Of a stretch of 32,000 nucleotides of DNA, positions 7,987 through 17,617 are shown one piece after another. Each line of letters begins with the position of its first letter. The first letter of the stretch is position 1. Source of the stretch: Pseudomonas aeruginosa (GTDB taxonomy: Bacteria > Pseudomonadota > Gammaproteobacteria > Pseudomonadales > Pseudomonadaceae). Location of the stretch: NCBI RefSeq assembly GCF_001457615.1, contig NZ_LN831024.1, forward strand, positions 2,970,001 through 3,002,000, read 5' to 3'. The position numbers and the translations under genes were made by a program. The notes beneath the pieces are model-generated. The model saw only the letters and a program-made list of their open reading frames with translations. It was not told the DNA's origin and searched no databases.

Positions 7987-8457
7987 TCAGAGCGAGCCGA
8001 TGCGCTCCAGCTCACGCTTGAGCTGGTCGCGATCCAGGGTAGCGAAGGGCAGGCCGAGGAAGGCTCGGCAACGCTGTTCGATGCGTGCCAGGGTGGCGTG
8101 GAACGCCGCATCCCGCAGGGCTTCGTCGCCATCCAGGGCGGAGGGATCGGCCAGGCCCCAATGGGCCTTCAGCGCTGCGCCGAGATACAGCGGGCAGGCT
8201 TCCCCCGCGGCGGCGTCGCAAACGGTAATGACGATGTCCGGCGGTGCGCCTTCGAAGGCTTCGCTGCCCTTGCTGTACAGGCCGTGGGTGGCGATGCCGG
8301 CCTGTTCGAGGGTCGCCAGGCTGCGCGGATGCACCCGCCCGCTGGGCTGGCTGCCGGCGCTGCATGCCTCGAAACCCGGCGGGGCCAGGTGGTTGAACAT
8401 GGCTTCGGAAAGAATGCTGCGGCAACTGTTGGCCGTGCACATGAACAGGACTCGCAT
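7987..8457 (-). CDS. arsC: Arsenate reductase of the low-molecular-weight phosphatase-like (thioredoxin-coupled) class
   Basis: N-terminal P-loop [26 protein letters not shown] (CX5R), and downstream Cys in [11 protein letters not shown]. Confidence 0.93.
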   Translation of the reverse strand: MRVLFMCTANSCRSILSEAMFNHLAPPGFEACSAGSQPSGRVHPRSLATLEQAGIATHGLYSKGSEAFEGAPPDIVITVCDAAAGEACPLYLGAALKAHWGLADPSALDGDEALRDAAFHATLARIEQRCRAFLGLPFATLDRDQLKRELERIGSL

Positions 8458-8488
8458 GGGATGCTCCTGCCGCCGTCGCCGGCGGCCG

Positions 8489-9772
8489 TCAGATGGCCAG
8501 GCGCAGGGCCAGGGCCGAAAGGGTCGCCAGCAGGACCGGCAGGGTCAGCAGGGCGCCGATCCTGAAGTAGTAGCCCCAGGTGATGCGCATGCCTTTGCGC
8601 GCCAGCACGTGCAGCCAGAGCAGCGTCGCCAGGCTGCCGATAGGGGTGATCTTCGGACCCAGGTCGCAGCCGATGACGTTGGCGTAGATCATCGCTTCGC
8701 GCACCGCGCCGGCGGTGTCGCTGGCCTGGATCGACAGGGCGCCGAGCAGCACGCTGGGCATGTTGTTCATTACCGACGAGAGGGCGGCGGAAAGCAGTCC
8801 GGTACCCAGCGCGGCCGCCCATACGCCGTGCTCGGCCAGGCGGTTCAGGAGCTGCGCCAGGAGGTCGGTGAGACCGGCGTTCTTCAGGCCGTAGACCACC
8901 AGGTACATGCCCAGCGAGAAGACCACGATCTGCCAGGGCGCTTCGCGCAGCACCCGCCGGGTCGAGATCACCCGCCCGCGCCCGGCCACCGCCAGCAGCA
9001 GTGCCGCACAGGCCGCGGCCACCGCGCTGACGGGGACGCCCAGCGGCTCCAGGGCGAACAGCCCGGCGAGCAGGACCAGCAGCATCCAGCCACCGACGAC
9101 GAAGGTCGCGCGGTCGCGGATCGCCGCCCGCGGCGGCTTCAATTGCTCCAGCGCATAGACCGGCGGCAGGTCGCGGCGGAAATAGAGGAACAGCACCAGC
9201 AGGGAGGTCGCGACGCTCACCAGGTTTACCGGCAGCATGACCGCGGCGTACTCGCCGAAGCCGAGCCCGAAGTAGTCGGCCGAGACGATGTTCACCAGGT
9301 TCGAGACCACCAGCGGCAGGCTGGCGCTGTCGGCGATGAAGCCCGCCGCCATGACGAAGGCCAGGGTCGCCGCCGGGCTGAAGCGCAGGGCCAGCAGCAT
9401 CGACATCACGATGGGCGTGAGGATCAGCGCCGCGCCGTCGTTGGCGAACAGCGCCGAGACCGCCGCGCCGAGCAGCACGCAGAAGGCGAACAGGCGCCGG
9501 CCGTCGCCGCCAGCCCAGCGCGCGACGTGCAGCGCGGCCCATTCGAAGAAGCCGGCCTCGTCCAGCAGCAGGCTGATGACGATCACCGCGATGAAGGTGG
9601 CGGTGGCATTCCAGACGATGTTCCAGACGGTCGGGATGTCGCCCGGCGCGACGCTGCCCAGCGCCAGGGCGAGCAGGGCGCCGATGCTGGCGCTCCAGCC
9701 GATGCCGAGGCCCCTGGGCTGCCAGATGACCAGGACCAGGGTGAACAGGAAGATGGCGAAGGCGATCAGCAT
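8489..9772 (-). CDS. arsB: Arsenite efflux membrane protein
   Basis: 427-aa polytopic protein with ArsB hallmarks ([19 protein letters not shown]; [16 protein letters not shown]; [32 protein letters not shown]). Confidence 0.95.
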   Translation of the reverse strand: MLIAFAIFLFTLVLVIWQPRGLGIGWSASIGALLALALGSVAPGDIPTVWNIVWNATATFIAVIVISLLLDEAGFFEWAALHVARWAGGDGRRLFAFCVLLGAAVSALFANDGAALILTPIVMSMLLALRFSPAATLAFVMAAGFIADSASLPLVVSNLVNIVSADYFGLGFGEYAAVMLPVNLVSVATSLLVLFLYFRRDLPPVYALEQLKPPRAAIRDRATFVVGGWMLLVLLAGLFALEPLGVPVSAVAAACAALLLAVAGRGRVISTRRVLREAPWQIVVFSLGMYLVVYGLKNAGLTDLLAQLLNRLAEHGVWAAALGTGLLSAALSSVMNNMPSVLLGALSIQASDTAGAVREAMIYANVIGCDLGPKITPIGSLATLLWLHVLARKGMRITWGYYFRIGALLTLPVLLATLSALALRLAI

Positions 9773-9785
9773 GGGGCGGCTCGCG

Positions 9786-10136
9786 CTATTGGCAGCAGGC
9801 GGAGGCGCGCTGCGGGCGGCCGTCCATGTCGCGCAGGCGCGCTGCGTCGGCTTGCAGCCAGTCGCCGTTGGCCCGCAGGGTCACTTGCAGGACTTCGTGG
9901 ATCCAGGCCGGCAGCGCAGGGTTCAGGCGGTAATACACCCACTGGCCCTGGCGACGGTCGAGGAGCAGCCCGGCACTGCGCAACTGGGCCAGGTGGCGGC
10001 TGATCTTCGGCTGGCTGTCGGCGAGGGCGCACATCAGTTCGCAGACGCACAGTTCGCCCTGGTCGACGATCAGCAGGGTGGCGCGAACACGCGTCTCGTC
10101 GGCCAGGCACTTGAACACTTCGGCGGGGCTGGGCAT
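9786..10136 (-). CDS. arsR: ArsR-family arsenic-responsive repressor
   Basis: [58 protein letters not shown]. Contains an ELCVCEL metal-binding helix; first gene of the ars operon. Confidence 0.95.
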   Translation of the reverse strand: MPSPAEVFKCLADETRVRATLLIVDQGELCVCELMCALADSQPKISRHLAQLRSAGLLLDRRQGQWVYYRLNPALPAWIHEVLQVTLRANGDWLQADAARLRDMDGRPQRASACCQ

Positions 10137-10170
10137 CGCTGGGCCTTCCTGGATATATGGAAAGCTGAAT

Positions 10171-10186
10171 ATACGGATATCCGTAT
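10171..10186. promoter_or_regulatory. Perfect 16-bp palindrome ATACGGATATCCGTAT upstream of arsR, probable ArsR operator
   Basis: Exact inverted repeat in the arsR upstream region, 34 bp from the arsR ATG. Confidence 0.65.
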
Positions 10187-10214
10187 GTATTGCAAGCGCC
10201 CCCGCTCCCGCCGG

Positions 10215-11105
10215 CTAGCGGCGGGCGGCCTGGACTTCCTCGCTCGGCGTGCGCCCGAAGTAGCGCTTGAACTCGCGGCTGAACTGCGAGGGACTCTCGT
10301 AGCCGACCTGGTTGGCGGCGGTACTGGCGTTCAGCCCGTCCTGCACCATCAGGCTCCAGGCCTTGTACAGGCGCACGCTCTTCAGGTACTGGAGGGGCGA
10401 GGTGAAGGTCATCGCCTTGAAGTTGTGGTGGAAGGTCGACACGCTCATGTTCGCCTCGCGAGCCAGGGTGTCGATGTCCAGCGCACTGGCGTAGTCGGTG
10501 TGGATGCGCCGCAGGGCCCTGGCCATGCGCCCGTAGCCGCTGTGCCGGCCGGCCACCGCACGCAGGGCGTTGCCCTGCTCGCTGCGCAGGGCGCGGAAGA
10601 TGATCTCGCGGACCAGTTGCGGGCCGAGGATATGGCTGTCCAGCGGGCTCTGCAGGCAGCCCAGCAGGCGCATCACCGCATCGGCCATCCCCGCGTCCAG
10701 CGGTACCGAAGCCATCGGCGCGCTGGGTGCCAGCTCATTGTCGTCGTCGCTGCCGGGAGCCTCTTCCATCTGTAGCAGCAGTTCCTTCAAGGTGCCGATA
10801 TCCACGTCGACGCTCACTCCCAGCAAGGGTTCGGCGGCGGAGGCGTGGGTTTCGCATTCGAACGGCAGGGGCACCGACATCACCAGGTAGCGTTCGGCGT
10901 CGTAGCGGTAGGTTTCGCCGCCGAGGAAACCGATCTTCTGGCCCTGGGCGAGGATGCAGATGCGCGGCTCATAGAACACCGGGCTGCGCGGATAGGCCTG
11001 TTCGGCGCGCATCAGGCGAACCCCGGGGATGCGGGTGGCGTCGAAACCCGGTTCGTCTTGCAGGGTGGCGATCAGCGACGCCATGTCGGTGGAAGTAGTG
11101 CTCAT
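10215..11105 (-). CDS. AraC-family transcriptional regulator (AraC N-terminal domain type)
   Basis: MSTTSTDMASLIATLQDEPGFDATRIPGVRLMRAEQAYPRSPVFYEPRICILAQGQK..., and C-terminal HTH domain ...LAREANMSVSTFHHNFKAMTFTSPLQYLKSVRLYKAWSLM...AANQVGYESPSQFSREFKRYFGRTPSEE. Confidence 0.92.
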   Translation of the reverse strand: MSTTSTDMASLIATLQDEPGFDATRIPGVRLMRAEQAYPRSPVFYEPRICILAQGQKIGFLGGETYRYDAERYLVMSVPLPFECETHASAAEPLLGVSVDVDIGTLKELLLQMEEAPGSDDDNELAPSAPMASVPLDAGMADAVMRLLGCLQSPLDSHILGPQLVREIIFRALRSEQGNALRAVAGRHSGYGRMARALRRIHTDYASALDIDTLAREANMSVSTFHHNFKAMTFTSPLQYLKSVRLYKAWSLMVQDGLNASTAANQVGYESPSQFSREFKRYFGRTPSEEVQAARR

Positions 11106-11313
11106 GCCTTGGCTGTTTCTCCAGGAGGGGAGGCAAACGTAGCAACCCCGTGCGCGCCTGGGCAGTGGCGGCACGCAACATCGGCATGAATGGGCAAGGC
11201 TTCGACAGGAATGGACATTCTGCGGCGGCGCCCATCCGGCGAACAATTGCCCCCCGAACGGACCGCCGCCAGCAAGCCGTCGCGGCCCGCCATCCTGCGA
11301 AGAGGACACACCG

Positions 11314-12375
11314 ATGACCCTACAGATCCGCGGCTACGCCGCCCAGTCCGCCAGCACCCCGCTGACCGCCCATCGCTTCGAACGCCGCGCGCCGCGCGCC
11401 GACGACCTGGTGATCGACATCCTCTACTGCGGCGTCTGCCACTCGGACCTCCATCAGGCGCGCAACGAATGGCACAACAGCCTGTACCCGCTGGTGCCGG
11501 GCCACGAGATCATCGGCCGGGTCGCCAGCGTCGGCGAGGCGGTGAGCGGTTTCGCGGTCGGCGAACTGGTCGGCGTCGGCTGCATGGTCGACTCCTGCCG
11601 GCACTGCGCCGCCTGCTCCGAGGGCCTGGAGCAGTATTGCGCGGAATACCCGACCCTGACCTACAACGGCCGCGACCGCCACGACGGCCTGCCGACCTTC
11701 GGCGGCTACTCGGAGCGCATCGTGGTCTCGGCCAGGTTCGTCCTGCGCATTCCCCAGGGGCTCGATCCGAAGGCGGCGGCGCCGCTGCTGTGCGCCGGGA
11801 TCACGTCCTACTCGCCACTGCGTCACTGGAAGGTCGGTCCCGGCAGCCGGGTGGCGGTGGTCGGCCTGGGCGGCCTCGGTCACATGGGCCTGAAGTTCGC
11901 CAGGGCGCTCGGTGCCGAGGTGGCCCTGTTCACCCGCTCGCCGGGCAAGGAAGAGGAAGCGCGGCGGCTCGGCGCCGACCAGGTGATCCTTTCCACCGAC
12001 CCACAGCGGATGGCCGCCGTCGCCGGACGCTTCGACCTGATCCTGGACACCGTGCCGCACCAGCATGACCTCAATCCTTATCTGGCGACCCTCAAGCGCG
12101 ACGGCACCCTCGTACTGGTCGGCCTGCTCGAGCCGCTGGAGCCGGCGGTGCACGGTGCGCAACTGGTGATGGGACGCCGCTCGATCGCCGGCTCGGCCAT
12201 CGGCGGCATCGCCGAGACCCAGGAAATGCTGGATTTCTGCGCGGCCCACGGGATCGCCTGCGACATCGAGATGATCGAGATCCAGCAGATCAACCAGGCC
12301 TACGAGCGGATGCTGGCCAGCGACGTGAAGTATCGCTTCGTGATCGACATGGCCTCCCTGCAGAAGTCCTTCTGA
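11314..12375 (+). CDS. Zinc-dependent NAD(P) alcohol/aldehyde dehydrogenase (YahK/CAD-like MDR family)
   Basis: YCGVCHSDLHQARNEW, GHEIIGRV, structural-zinc-type CRHCAACSEGLEQYC, Rossmann motif VVGLGGLGHMGLKFA. Confidence 0.95.
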   Translation: MTLQIRGYAAQSASTPLTAHRFERRAPRADDLVIDILYCGVCHSDLHQARNEWHNSLYPLVPGHEIIGRVASVGEAVSGFAVGELVGVGCMVDSCRHCAACSEGLEQYCAEYPTLTYNGRDRHDGLPTFGGYSERIVVSARFVLRIPQGLDPKAAAPLLCAGITSYSPLRHWKVGPGSRVAVVGLGGLGHMGLKFARALGAEVALFTRSPGKEEEARRLGADQVILSTDPQRMAAVAGRFDLILDTVPHQHDLNPYLATLKRDGTLVLVGLLEPLEPAVHGAQLVMGRRSIAGSAIGGIAETQEMLDFCAAHGIACDIEMIEIQQINQAYERMLASDVKYRFVIDMASLQKSF

Positions 12376-12399
12376 GACGGGCCGTCGGCGCCGGCGGGC

Positions 12400-12777
12400 T
12401 CAGCAGCCCTCGGCGTCGACCAGGAAGGTCTCGAAACGCACGCTTTTCGCCCCCAGCCGCCAGACGCCCGCGCTCAGCGGGCCTTGCGCGTCCTCCCGGG
12501 CCTGCCAGGCGCGTTCGCAGTCCTCGCGTGAACGCCAGCAGGTGTAGTTCAGCACGTGCTGGCCGTCCTCGCTGGGGTGCAGGCTGGCGGACAGGTAGCC
12601 CGGGCAGTTCCTGAAGCAGCGTTCCAGGCGTTGCAGGTGCGCGTTCTGTTCCAGCGCCAGCGACAACTGGCTGGCGGGTTCCACCTCGATATCGATGAGT
12701 TGCGCGTAGCACGGCGACCGCTCGCTAGCGGCCGGGCACTGATCGTCGGTGCAGCAGTAGGAGGAGGGGATGAGCAT
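12400..12777 (-). CDS. Small protein with antibiotic-biosynthesis-monooxygenase (ABM)-like fold and Cys-rich N-terminus, SoxR-controlled candidate
   Basis: [34 protein letters not shown] is ABM-like. Start lies next to the SoxR box shared with soxR. Confidence 0.8.
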   Translation of the reverse strand: MLIPSSYCCTDDQCPAASERSPCYAQLIDIEVEPASQLSLALEQNAHLQRLERCFRNCPGYLSASLHPSEDGQHVLNYTCWRSREDCERAWQAREDAQGPLSAGVWRLGAKSVRFETFLVDAEGC

Positions 12778-12825
12778 GGCGGGTTACTCCGGGTGACTTG
12801 TGTCGAGGGCCGGCCCAGGGTAAAA

Positions 12826-12843
12826 CCTCAAGCAAACTTGAGG
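12826..12843. promoter_or_regulatory. SoxR box CCTCAAGCAAACTTGAGG
   Basis: 7-bp arms CCTCAAG/CTTGAGG around CAAA, as in known SoxR sites (CCTCAAGTTAACTTGAGG type). Located between divergent soxR and the ABM-like gene. Confidence 0.92.
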
Positions 12844-12854
12844 TCAAGCCAATC

Positions 12855-13325
12855 ATGAAGAATTCCTGCGCATCTCGTGAACTGAGCGTCGGCGAACTGG
12901 CCAGGCGTGCCGGCGTGGCGGTCTCCGCCCTGCATTTCTACGAAACCAAGGGGCTGATCAGCAGCCAGCGCAACGCCGGCAACCAGCGGCGCTTCAGTCG
13001 CGAGACGCTACGCCGGGTGGTGGTGATCAAGGTCGCCCAGCGGGTCGGCATTCCCCTCGCGGAGATCGCTCGCGCCCTGCAGACCCTGCCGGCGGGGCGC
13101 AGCCCTAGCGCGGCGGACTGGGCGCGCCTGTCGGCGCAGTGGAAGGAGGATCTCACCGAGCGCATCGACAAGCTACTGCTGTTGCGCGACCAACTGGACG
13201 GCTGCATCGGTTGCGGCTGCCTGTCGCTCCAGGCCTGCCCGTTGCGCAACCCCGGCGACCAGCTGTCCGCCGAGGGGCCGGGAGCGCACTGGCTGGACGC
13301 CGAGGGCCGCGAGCCCGACGGCTAG
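12855..13325 (+). CDS. soxR: SoxR, MerR-family [2Fe-2S] redox sensor
   Basis: [45 protein letters not shown] and the [2Fe-2S] motif [19 protein letters not shown]. Confidence 0.97.
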   Translation: MKNSCASRELSVGELARRAGVAVSALHFYETKGLISSQRNAGNQRRFSRETLRRVVVIKVAQRVGIPLAEIARALQTLPAGRSPSAADWARLSAQWKEDLTERIDKLLLLRDQLDGCIGCGCLSLQACPLRNPGDQLSAEGPGAHWLDAEGREPDG

Positions 13326-13332
13326 GCAGCGG

Positions 13333-15030
13333 TCAGCCGTGGTGCTGGCGGTCGGCGACGGCCGGGCTGTCCTGCAGGTTGTCCGGCGGGATCGCCAGGG
13401 CGCGTAGCGATCCGGCCATGATGTCGCTGAAGGTGGGCGCCGAGACCAGGCCGCCGAAGTAGCCGATCCTGGTCGGCGAATCGATCATCACCGCCAGCAC
13501 CAGTTGCGGGTCGGACGCCGGCGCCATGCCGACGAACAGCGAACGGTAGGACTTGTCCGCGTAGCCCCGGCCCGAGGCCTTGCGCGCGGTGCCGCTCTTG
13601 CCCGCCACGTGGTAGCCCGGCACGCGGGCGCGGACCACGCCCTTCGGGTCTTCCACCACGGTTTGCAGCATCGCCCGGATGCGCCGTGCGATCTGCGGGT
13701 CCATCGCCTGGCGCACCTGGTTCTGCGGGTTGTCGCGGAGCAGGCTGAGCGGCACCAGCTTGCCGTCGTTGGCGAACACCGAGTAGGCCTGGGCCAGCTC
13801 GGCGGTGTTCACCGCCAGGCTGTAGCCGAACGACATGCTGGCGGTGGCGATGTTCGACCATTTCTCGTGGAACGGCAGGTAGCCCGGGTTCTCGCCGGGG
13901 AAGCCCAGCGACAGCGGCGCGCCGAAACCGACCCGGCCGAGCTGTTCGAGGATCGGCTTGGGTCCGATCTGCAGGGCGACCTTGCTCATGCCGATGTTCG
14001 AGGAGTTGATCAGCACCCCGGTCATGGTCAGTACGTCGCGCCGGGCGACGTCGTGGATGGTGTGCCCGTCGATGGTCATCCAGCCCGGTGCCACGCTGAC
14101 TTGACTGTTCTCGTCGAACTTGCCGGAGGCCAGCGCCGCCGACATGCTGAACGGCTTGATCACCGAGCCCGGCTCGAAGGTATCGGTGAGGGTGCGGTTG
14201 CGCATGAAGGCCGGGGCGAAGCTGGCGCGGTTGTTCGGGTTGTAGGAGGGGAAGTTGGCCATCGCCAGGATCTGCCCGCTCTTCGGGTTCACCAGGACCG
14301 CCGAGCCGGAGTGCGCGCCGAACTTGAGCACGGCCTTTTCCAGCGCCTTGTAGGCGATGAACTGTAGTCGCAGGTCGATGCTCAGGGCCACGTCCTGGCT
14401 GGCCTTGGGCGTCTTCAGCACCTTGATGCTGTTGACCAGCGAGCCGCGCGGGTTGATCGCCACCTCGCGTACCCCGTCCTTGCCGCTCAGCCAGTCGTTG
14501 AAGCCCAGTTCGGTGCCTTCCTGGCCGCGGCCGTCGATGTTGACCAGGCCGATCAACTGCGCGGTCAGCTCGGAACTGGGGTAGAAACGCTTGTATTCCT
14601 TGATCTGGTGTACCCCCGTTATGCCCAGGGCCATCACCTCGCTGGCCTCGATCGGCGACAGGCCGCGCTCGAGGTAGAGGAAGCGCTTGTTCGGGTTGGC
14701 CTGGAGCTGGGCCAGCAGCGGCGCCGCGGGGCGGTGCAGGGCGCCGGCCAGGCGCGGCACCTCGTCGAGGTGGGCGGCCATTTCCCTGGGGTTGCACCAG
14801 ATCGACGCGACTTCGGTGGATACCGCCAGCGGCTCGCCGTTGCGGTCGGTGATCATGCCGCGGGTGACCGGGATCGGCAGGTCGCGGATCGAGCGAAGGT
14901 CGCCCTGGTCGGCGAGGAATTCGTGGTCGTGGACCTGGAGATAGACCAACCGTCCGGAGACGGCCAGGGAGGCGAGGACGAACAGGGTGACGACAAGGAT
15001 GAAGCGGTAGTTTCGGCGTTGACTGCTCAT
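13333..15030 (-). CDS. pbpC: Class B penicillin-binding protein (second PBP3-like transpeptidase, PBP3a)
   Basis: FtsI-like: FILVVTLFVLASLAVSGRLVYLQV, SxxK in FEPGSVIKPFSM, SSN in INSSNIGMSKV, KSG in HVAGKSGTARKASG. Confidence 0.92.
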   Translation of the reverse strand: MSSQRRNYRFILVVTLFVLASLAVSGRLVYLQVHDHEFLADQGDLRSIRDLPIPVTRGMITDRNGEPLAVSTEVASIWCNPREMAAHLDEVPRLAGALHRPAAPLLAQLQANPNKRFLYLERGLSPIEASEVMALGITGVHQIKEYKRFYPSSELTAQLIGLVNIDGRGQEGTELGFNDWLSGKDGVREVAINPRGSLVNSIKVLKTPKASQDVALSIDLRLQFIAYKALEKAVLKFGAHSGSAVLVNPKSGQILAMANFPSYNPNNRASFAPAFMRNRTLTDTFEPGSVIKPFSMSAALASGKFDENSQVSVAPGWMTIDGHTIHDVARRDVLTMTGVLINSSNIGMSKVALQIGPKPILEQLGRVGFGAPLSLGFPGENPGYLPFHEKWSNIATASMSFGYSLAVNTAELAQAYSVFANDGKLVPLSLLRDNPQNQVRQAMDPQIARRIRAMLQTVVEDPKGVVRARVPGYHVAGKSGTARKASGRGYADKSYRSLFVGMAPASDPQLVLAVMIDSPTRIGYFGGLVSAPTFSDIMAGSLRALAIPPDNLQDSPAVADRQHHG

Positions 15031-15151
15031 GCAAGGGCACACTGGGGAAGAGGGAGAGCGGAAGCCCGTCCGGGGCAGTGCTGAAACATCCTGTTGCAGT
15101 TGGCAACTGTACCGTCACCCGCCACCCGCCGGTCAAGCCCTTTGCCGCCGT

Positions 15152-16265
<1,114 letters not shown>

Positions 16266-16304
16266 GCGAGGTCTCCGGGTGGCAAAGGGGCTTCAGGATA
16301 ATTG

Positions 16305-16321
16305 ACATACGCTGCGTATGT
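16305..16321. promoter_or_regulatory. Palindromic operator 1, ACATACGCTGCGTATGT (probable TetR site)
   Basis: Perfect 17-bp dyad (8-bp arms, 1-bp centre). Overlaps a TTGACA hexamer at 16302-16307. Confidence 0.85.
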
Positions 16322-16335
16322 CTCCATGATTTTTG

Positions 16336-16352
16336 ACATACGCAGCGTATGT
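16336..16352. promoter_or_regulatory. Palindromic operator 2, ACATACGCAGCGTATGT (probable TetR site)
   Basis: Same 8-bp arms, complementary centre base, 31 bp from operator 1. Overlaps a TTGACA hexamer at 16333-16338. Confidence 0.85.
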
Positions 16353-16411
16353 TAATTTCGTCTTCTCCCATCGTCGCCGGTTCCGCTGGAGCCGGCCAGC
16401 CGAGGCTTTCC

Positions 16412-17617
16412 ATGAGCAACCCCTATCTCGAACTGTTCGCCGCGCCCGGCGCCAAGGGCTTTTCAGCCGCCGGCCTGCTGGCGCGGATGCCCCTGTCGAT
16501 GACCGGCCTGGGCATCGTCACCATGCTTTCCCAGGTGCATGCCGACTACTGGCTGGCCGGTACCGTGGCGGCCACCTTCGTGTTCTGCAATGCCTTGCTC
16601 GCGCCGCAGGTATCGCGCCTGGTGGACTGCTTCGGCCAGGGCCGGGTGCTGCTCCCGGCCGCGCTGGCCAGCGCCCTGGCGATGAGCGCGCTGTTGCTGT
16701 GTACGCACTATCGAGCGCCGAATGCCTGGCTCTACCTGTTCGCCTTGCTCGCCGGGGCGATGCCGAGCATGCCGGCCATGGTACGGGCGCGCTGGACCGA
16801 GCTGTACCGGGGCTCGCCGAAGCTGCACACGGCGTTTTCCTTCGAATCGGTGATGGACGAGGTGTGCTACATCATCGGGCCGGTGCTGGCGGTGAGCCTC
16901 AGCGTCGGCTGGTTCGCCGAGGCGGGGCCGCTGCTGGCGACGCTGTTCCTGGTCGCCGGGGTGAGCCTGTTCAGCCTGCAACGCGGCACCGAACCGCCGC
17001 TGCATGCCCATCCGCGGCGCCGCGCCGGCAGCGCGCTGGCCTATCCGGCGGTACGCGTGCTGGCGCTGGTGCTGGCCGCCATCGGGGTGATCTTCGGCGC
17101 GGTGGAAGTGGTCAGCGTGGCCTTCGCCGAGGCGCACGGCAACAAGGCTGCGGCAAGCCTGGTGTTGTCGGTCTATGCCGTCGGCTCATGTCTCGCGGGA
17201 TTGCTGTTCGGGCTGCTGCGCTGGCGCCTGGCGCTTTCCCGGCAACTGCTCTGCATGGTTACGCTGATGGCCCTGAGCCTGATGCCGCTGCTAGGGGTGG
17301 AGAGCATCCTTGCGCTTGCCCTGACCGTGCTGGTGGCCGGCTTCAGCGTGGCGCCGACGATGATCCTGGCCATGGGCCTGGTCGAGCGCGCGGTGGACCC
17401 GGCGCGCCTCACCGAAGGCCTGACCTGGGCCATCACCGGGCTGGGCATCGGCATGGCCTTGGGCTCGGCGCTGGCCGGTTGGGTGGTGGAGGGCTACGGC
17501 GCCGCCAGCGGTTTCCTCGTCGCGGTCGGCGCCGGCTGGCTGGCCTGGCTGCTGGCCCTGGCCTGCTTCCGGGTGCTGGCTCAGGACGAGGCCGGAGACT
17601 GCGCGGTGTCCGGCTGA
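16412..17617 (+). CDS. MFS transporter
   Basis: MSNPYLELFAAPGAKGFSAAGLLARMPLSMTGLGIVTMLSQ...; about 12 TM helices. Divergent from tetR. Confidence 0.88.
   Translation: MSNPYLELFAAPGAKGFSAAGLLARMPLSMTGLGIVTMLSQVHADYWLAGTVAATFVFCNALLAPQVSRLVDCFGQGRVLLPAALASALAMSALLLCTHYRAPNAWLYLFALLAGAMPSMPAMVRARWTELYRGSPKLHTAFSFESVMDEVCYIIGPVLAVSLSVGWFAEAGPLLATLFLVAGVSLFSLQRGTEPPLHAHPRRRAGSALAYPAVRVLALVLAAIGVIFGAVEVVSVAFAEAHGNKAAASLVLSVYAVGSCLAGLLFGLLRWRLALSRQLLCMVTLMALSLMPLLGVESILALALTVLVAGFSVAPTMILAMGLVERAVDPARLTEGLTWAITGLGIGMALGSALAGWVVEGYGAASGFLVAVGAGWLAWLLALACFRVLAQDEAGDCAVSG

Noticed and set aside
7964-10003. 679-aa plus-strand ORF
   Set aside because: Antisense shadow of arsC, arsB and part of arsR; low-complexity RQ/GD-rich composition.
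7283-10136. ars genes as a mobile resistance island
   Set aside because: No transposase, integrase, flanking repeats or composition shift seen. Looks like the chromosomal arsRBCH operon.
13322-15136. 604-aa minus-strand ORF
   Set aside because: Alternate frame of pbpC; the -13333..15030 frame carries the transpeptidase motifs.
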